A stretch of DNA of 64,000 bases from a virus. Taxonomy: Duplodnaviria > Caudoviricetes. The number at the start of each line of letters is the position of its first letter. Within the stretch, counting starts at the first letter, position 1. Made by a program: the position numbers and the translations under genes. Location: IMG/VR virus record IMGVR_UViG_3300020037_004820; one strand, written 5' to 3'. This document shows positions 60,003 to 64,000 of this stretch, in pieces. The notes beneath the pieces were generated by a model, which saw nothing but the letters and a program-made list of their open reading frames with translations, did not search any database and was not told where the DNA came from.

Positions 60003-60689
60003 ATGGAATTAACAACTGCTATAGATGATAATTGGGGAACTCCTTATGATTTATTTCATTTTGCAGAATTCATGTTTGGGGAATTCAATTTAGATGCGGC
60101 TGCTGAACCAGATTGGAAAATGTGTGAAAATTATATTGGTGAGGAGCAAAATGCTTTAGATCCCAATGTAGAATGGAAAGGAGATAATATATGGATTAAT
60201 CCTCCATATGATATCAAGAACATAACCGCTTTCATAAAGCGTTCCTTTGCAGAATCTGCAAATCATAAAAGTATAACTTTGTTACTTCCAGTTAAATCTG
60301 ACCAACAATGGTTTCATGATCTTGTTGAACAAGGTGCTATTTTCATTTTTATTAGAAAGCGCGTAAAGTTTAGAAGACGTAATGGATTGCCTGCAATTGG
60401 TGCATCTTTTCCAGTTATGTTAGTAAGAATAAATTCGACTATATGTGAACCTAAGATTTTTTCATATGATGAACATATTAAATTGTTTGAACAAGCTAAA
60501 GAATTAAAGATGAGACGTTTACAAGAAACAATTAGTGAAGAAATTGACAGAGAAATTTTAAAGGAACTTATAGATAATCTTCCTAAAGATTTTAAAGAAG
60601 GTATTTTTAATACTTATCCTGATAGAAGTGAGCTAATTTTACTATTATTTGCTAATCAACAAAGGATATTAAATGAACTATCTACTTGA
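60003..60689 (+). CDS. Phage-type DNA N6-adenine methyltransferase with C-terminal extension
   Basis: DNWGTP, FNLDAAA, WINPPY, LLLPV, RVKF. Confidence 0.88.
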   Translation: MELTTAIDDNWGTPYDLFHFAEFMFGEFNLDAAAEPDWKMCENYIGEEQNALDPNVEWKGDNIWINPPYDIKNITAFIKRSFAESANHKSITLLLPVKSDQQWFHDLVEQGAIFIFIRKRVKFRRRNGLPAIGASFPVMLVRINSTICEPKIFSYDEHIKLFEQAKELKMRRLQETISEEIDREILKELIDNLPKDFKEGIFNTYPDRSELILLLFANQQRILNELST

Positions 60690-60879
60690 AGATAATATAA
60701 TAGAAGTTGATTATTGTGTTCCAGTTCAAGGCGGATTGAGAATTTTTATGATGGGACAAACTTTTAAAGGTGAACCATTTGGATTATGGAAAAAAATAGA
60801 TTCAAATGGAAACATTATTAAAGAATTTTCGGAGAATCATAGAGAGCATATTTATGGAATCACAGAAAAGGAGACTTAG
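60673..60879 (+). CDS. Hypothetical protein
   Basis: 68 aa, AAGGA RBS. Confidence 0.5.
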   Translation: MNYLLEDNIIEVDYCVPVQGGLRIFMMGQTFKGEPFGLWKKIDSNGNIIKEFSENHREHIYGITEKET

Positions 60880-60882
60880 ACT

Positions 60883-63009
60883 TTGAATACATATACACAA
60901 GAACTTTCGGATTTTATATTTACAAGTAAATATGCCAGATATGACGATTCCAAAAAACGTAGAGAGACATGGGAAGAATCTGTTGATAGACTCTTAAACA
61001 TGCATTTAGATAGATTTACATGGTTAGATCCTGTAGATACAAATGAAATTATAGAAGCATTTGACGCTGTTAAGCGCAAAGAAAATGTTCCATCTATGCG
61101 CAGTTTACAATTTGGAGGAAAAGCCGTTGAAGCTCATAACTCTAGATTGTTCAATTGCGCCGTCAGACACGTTGATTCAATTCGATCATTTTCAGAAATA
61201 TTTTATTTATTGCTTTGTGGGTGTGGAGTGGGAATTGGCTTACAGAAGAAGTTTTTAAAGAGATTGCCCAATTTAGTTACAGCAGAAGATAAGACAGGTA
61301 CTGTTTTAACATATGTTGTAGAAGATACAATAGAAGGATGGTCAGATTCCATCGAAGCTCTATTATCCTGTTATTTCAAAAATACTGCATGGACTGGACG
61401 AAAGATTGTCTTCGATTATTCTAGAATTAGAAAAAAAGGCGCTATATTGAAAACAGGTGGGGGCAAAGCTCCTGGGTATAGAGGATTAAAAAAAGCTCAT
61501 ATAAAAATCAAGAATATTCTTGATTTCATTATTGAAGAAATGGGACAGTTATCATTAGGATCTATAAATGCATATGATATACTAATGCATTTAGCAGATG
61601 CTGTATTGTCTGGCGGAATTAGAAGATCAGCTTGCTCTATTGTCTTCTTAGAAGATGATATAGATTTGTTAAATTCTAAAATTTACTTTAATGTCTTAAA
61701 GAAAGGTAAATTTGAATTTAATGAAAAAACTTCTAAATATGAAGGATATGTTATTATTGATGATCCTTGTTATAAAAATTTGAAGATTGATGTAGAAATT
61801 TCTAATCAATATGGAGCTTATGATACCTTACTAAAAGATAATATCATAAGTTGGTTTGAAGTTTATCCACAAAGAGCAAGAAGTAACAACAGTGTTCTTC
61901 TTTTAAGAAATAAAATAGATTTTGAATCATTTACTAGAATATTTGATAGAACCAGACAATTCGGTGAACCAGGATTTGTGTTTGCTGATCATGAAGATAC
62001 TTTATTCAATCCATGTTTTGAAATATCCTTTATACCTGTATATGAAGGAGTATGTGGTGTACAGTTTTGTAACCTTAGTAGTATAAATGGGGCTAAAATT
62101 AAAACAAGAGAAGATTTGTTAAAAGCTGCAAAGTATGCTTCTATAATAGGAACATTGCAAGCATCTTATACTGATTTTCCATATTTAAGCAAAGCAGCTA
62201 AATGGTTAACAGAAGAAGAAGCGTTATTAGGGGTATCTATTACAGGTATGATGGATAATCCTGAAATAAATCTGAATCCTTCTATTCAAGAAGAAGCAGC
62301 TACTGTTGTAAAAGATACAAATGAAATTTGGGCTAAAAAGCTTTATATAAATCCTGCGGCAAGAACAACCTGTATAAAACCAGAAGGAACCTCTTCTCTT
62401 GTTTTGCAAAGTGCATCTGGTATACATCCTCATCATGGGCGAAGATATTTCCGAAGAGTGCAATGTAACAAAATTGATCCAGTTTATATGCATTTCAAAA
62501 AATCCAATCCACATATGTGTGAAGAAGGTGTTTGGAGTGCAAATAAAACAGATGATGTTATTACATTTCCTGTTGAAGTATCAGATACAGCTTTAATCAA
62601 AGAAGATTTATCTGCTCTATCCCATTTGGATATCATAAAGAATACCCAACAATATTGGGTACAAACTGGTAAATCTAAATACAATAAGAAAAGTATAGAC
62701 AATAATGTCTCTTGCACCGTAATTGTTGGACAAGAGGAATGGGATCAAGTTATTCAGTATCTATATGATAACAAAAATTATTTTGCAGCAGTTTCTTTCA
62801 TAGGAAAATCTGGTGATAAAGATTATGTGCAGGCTCCGTTAGAAAATATTACAACCAAAGAAGATGAAGAAAAATGGAACAATATTGTATCTAATTTTAC
62901 CAAGGTAGATTATACTTTATTGAAAGAAGCAACGGATCAAACAGCTTTGCAAGCCGAATTGGTTTGCGCCGGAGCAAATGGGTGCGAATTGCCTATATTG
63001 ACAAATTGA
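60883..63009 (+). CDS. nrdJ: Class II (adenosylcobalamin-dependent) ribonucleotide reductase
   Basis: RRETWEE, PSMR, FNC, GGIRRSA, RARSNNS, NPCFEI, FCNL, TCIKPEGT, C-terminal CAGANGCE; TTG start after AAGGAG. Confidence 0.92.
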   Translation: MNTYTQELSDFIFTSKYARYDDSKKRRETWEESVDRLLNMHLDRFTWLDPVDTNEIIEAFDAVKRKENVPSMRSLQFGGKAVEAHNSRLFNCAVRHVDSIRSFSEIFYLLLCGCGVGIGLQKKFLKRLPNLVTAEDKTGTVLTYVVEDTIEGWSDSIEALLSCYFKNTAWTGRKIVFDYSRIRKKGAILKTGGGKAPGYRGLKKAHIKIKNILDFIIEEMGQLSLGSINAYDILMHLADAVLSGGIRRSACSIVFLEDDIDLLNSKIYFNVLKKGKFEFNEKTSKYEGYVIIDDPCYKNLKIDVEISNQYGAYDTLLKDNIISWFEVYPQRARSNNSVLLLRNKIDFESFTRIFDRTRQFGEPGFVFADHEDTLFNPCFEISFIPVYEGVCGVQFCNLSSINGAKIKTREDLLKAAKYASIIGTLQASYTDFPYLSKAAKWLTEEEALLGVSITGMMDNPEINLNPSIQEEAATVVKDTNEIWAKKLYINPAARTTCIKPEGTSSLVLQSASGIHPHHGRRYFRRVQCNKIDPVYMHFKKSNPHMCEEGVWSANKTDDVITFPVEVSDTALIKEDLSALSHLDIIKNTQQYWVQTGKSKYNKKSIDNNVSCTVIVGQEEWDQVIQYLYDNKNYFAAVSFIGKSGDKDYVQAPLENITTKEDEEKWNNIVSNFTKVDYTLLKEATDQTALQAELVCAGANGCELPILTN

Positions 63010-63062
63010 CAGGGATATAGCCGTGCATATATAAGGGTATATCCCTTATTAACTTTAAGGGA
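63006..63062 (+). promoter_or_regulatory. Sigma70-like promoter candidate with alternative RBS-occluding hairpins
   Basis: TTGACA-18-TATAAG; the CCCT-containing segment 63038-63049 is complementary to three purine-rich sites including the RBS. Confidence 0.4.
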
Positions 63063-63064
63063 GA

Positions 63065-63853
63065 ATGTGTATGAACACGATTACAGAGTTTGGAGCATGG
63101 GCAGGATACGCAGCTTTACAGAATCCAGATAAATATATAAAATTGATCAAACAGGTTGGCCTTGATCGTATTGATATAATGATCAATGATGGAACGAAAC
63201 CAGGAGGTTTTAGTTTATATTTTCCTGAGCAAAAACTTATAGATATATTGAAGAAATTTAGACAATCAGGTGTTAAAGTATCCATTTCAACTTGGGCAAA
63301 ACCAGAAACAAGCTGGACAGTTGGAATGGCTCAAGTAGGAAAAATAGCTACTGAGGCAGGAGTTGATCAAGTAACATTAGATTTAGAAGAACCTTGGATC
63401 ACTCCATTAAAAAATAAATCTCCTGCTGAGATATTTACATGGAATACATCTTTAGTTGGAACATTACGTGTTCATTTTCAAGGTGTTATAAATTTGGCAC
63501 CTATTGTATATGCTAACCGAAAAGTATTGGATGGTGCTTTGCAAATGGTGGACCAAATAATTCCACAATGTTATTCAACTGTAAAAAATGTTCCAGGCTC
63601 TGGACACGATGGAAGTTTAGAAAGAGCTACTGTGAATTTATATAAGGGATATGGAGCACCTATCGTGATGGGTGCTGCTGCATGGAATTTGGAGGGAGCT
63701 TATGGAAAAAATACATATGAAGCTGTTAGAACATCATTACAAGCTACACTCCAATTAGGAATAACAGAAGTTCGGTATTGGAGATTTGAATTTCTCAACG
63801 GGGATGTTCTTAGAGCTATAAAAGAATTTCTGCCTTCAAATAATGTAGGCTAA
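63065..63853 (+). CDS. Glycoside hydrolase-like TIM-barrel protein (GH18/GH25-like; possible cell-wall hydrolase)
   Basis: GAW, GVKVSISTW, GVDQVTLDLEEPW (DxE), IPQCY, VRYWR. Confidence 0.55.
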   Translation: MCMNTITEFGAWAGYAALQNPDKYIKLIKQVGLDRIDIMINDGTKPGGFSLYFPEQKLIDILKKFRQSGVKVSISTWAKPETSWTVGMAQVGKIATEAGVDQVTLDLEEPWITPLKNKSPAEIFTWNTSLVGTLRVHFQGVINLAPIVYANRKVLDGALQMVDQIIPQCYSTVKNVPGSGHDGSLERATVNLYKGYGAPIVMGAAAWNLEGAYGKNTYEAVRTSLQATLQLGITEVRYWRFEFLNGDVLRAIKEFLPSNNVG

Positions 63854-63883
63854 CATTTCAAATAAACAAATACGGAGTAAAAG

Positions 63884-63934
63884 ATGATTAAGTTTATCGA
63901 CATAATTCAAGATTTATCCTATGGAGATTGTGGT
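63884..63934 (+). CDS. purA: N-terminal fragment (possible exon 1) of an adenylosuccinate synthetase-like gene
   Basis: GGAG RBS; MIKFIDIIQDLSYGDCG matches the PurA N-terminal GD(E/C)GKGK region, but KGK is missing and the frame stops at 63958. Confidence 0.5.
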
Positions 63935-63954
63935 TTTGATAGACTATTTATTGC

Positions 63955-64000
63955 ATGAAATGTTTAATTTGTCCAAATGAAACTAAAACTAAGAAAGCAA
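63955..64000 (+). CDS. Start of a CxxC protein (possible homing endonuclease), truncated by the window edge
   Basis: MKCLICPNETKTKKA... Confidence 0.3.
   Translation, partial: MKCLICPNETKTKKA

Noticed and set aside
63884-63958. PurZ (2-aminoadenine DNA pathway)
   Set aside because: The fragment keeps the PurA-type Asp (GDCG), not the PurZ-type Ser, and no partner genes are visible in this window
1-64000. Stop-codon reassignment (alternative genetic code)
   Set aside because: Core genes are full length in the standard code and coding density is near complete
1-64000. CRISPR arrays, tRNAs, rRNAs, IS elements
   Set aside because: Intergenic gaps are mostly under 100 nt and none shows repeat-spacer, cloverleaf or transposase features by eye

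Overview
AT-rich, densely coding window from a large contractile-tailed (T4-like, myovirus-type) dsDNA phage. Every credible gene is on the + strand and reads in the standard genetic code. Gene order: (1) 1-19.5 kb, large baseplate/tail-appendage proteins, several with LamG-like domains; (2) RuvC-like resolvase, primase and a single-chain SbcD-SbcC (Mre11-Rad50) fusion; (3) three membrane genes resembling a lysis cassette; (4) head module with terminase, portal, prohead protease, a phage-encoded ribosomal protein bS21, scaffold and gp23-like major capsid; (5) neck, sheath, tube, a tail chaperone with a hidden -1 frameshift extension, tape measure and baseplate hub; (6) replication/metabolism block with a miniature family-A polymerase, degenerate tubulin/FtsZ-like protein, SSB, RecA, 5'-3' exonuclease, DnaB, N6-adenine methyltransferase, class II RNR, a GH-like TIM barrel, and the start of a purA-like gene that appears interrupted at the window edge. 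Main observations: a 13-aa motif shared by portal and scaffold, a capsid-like helix fused to the methyltransferase, the mini-PolA/tubulin-like pair, a CTAWTTA late-promoter candidate, [ST]-[GAS]-[ST] enrichment in virion proteins, the U-UUU-UUA frameshift, and a long G-U-containing hairpin before recA. All functional calls come from motif recognition by eye; no searches were run.
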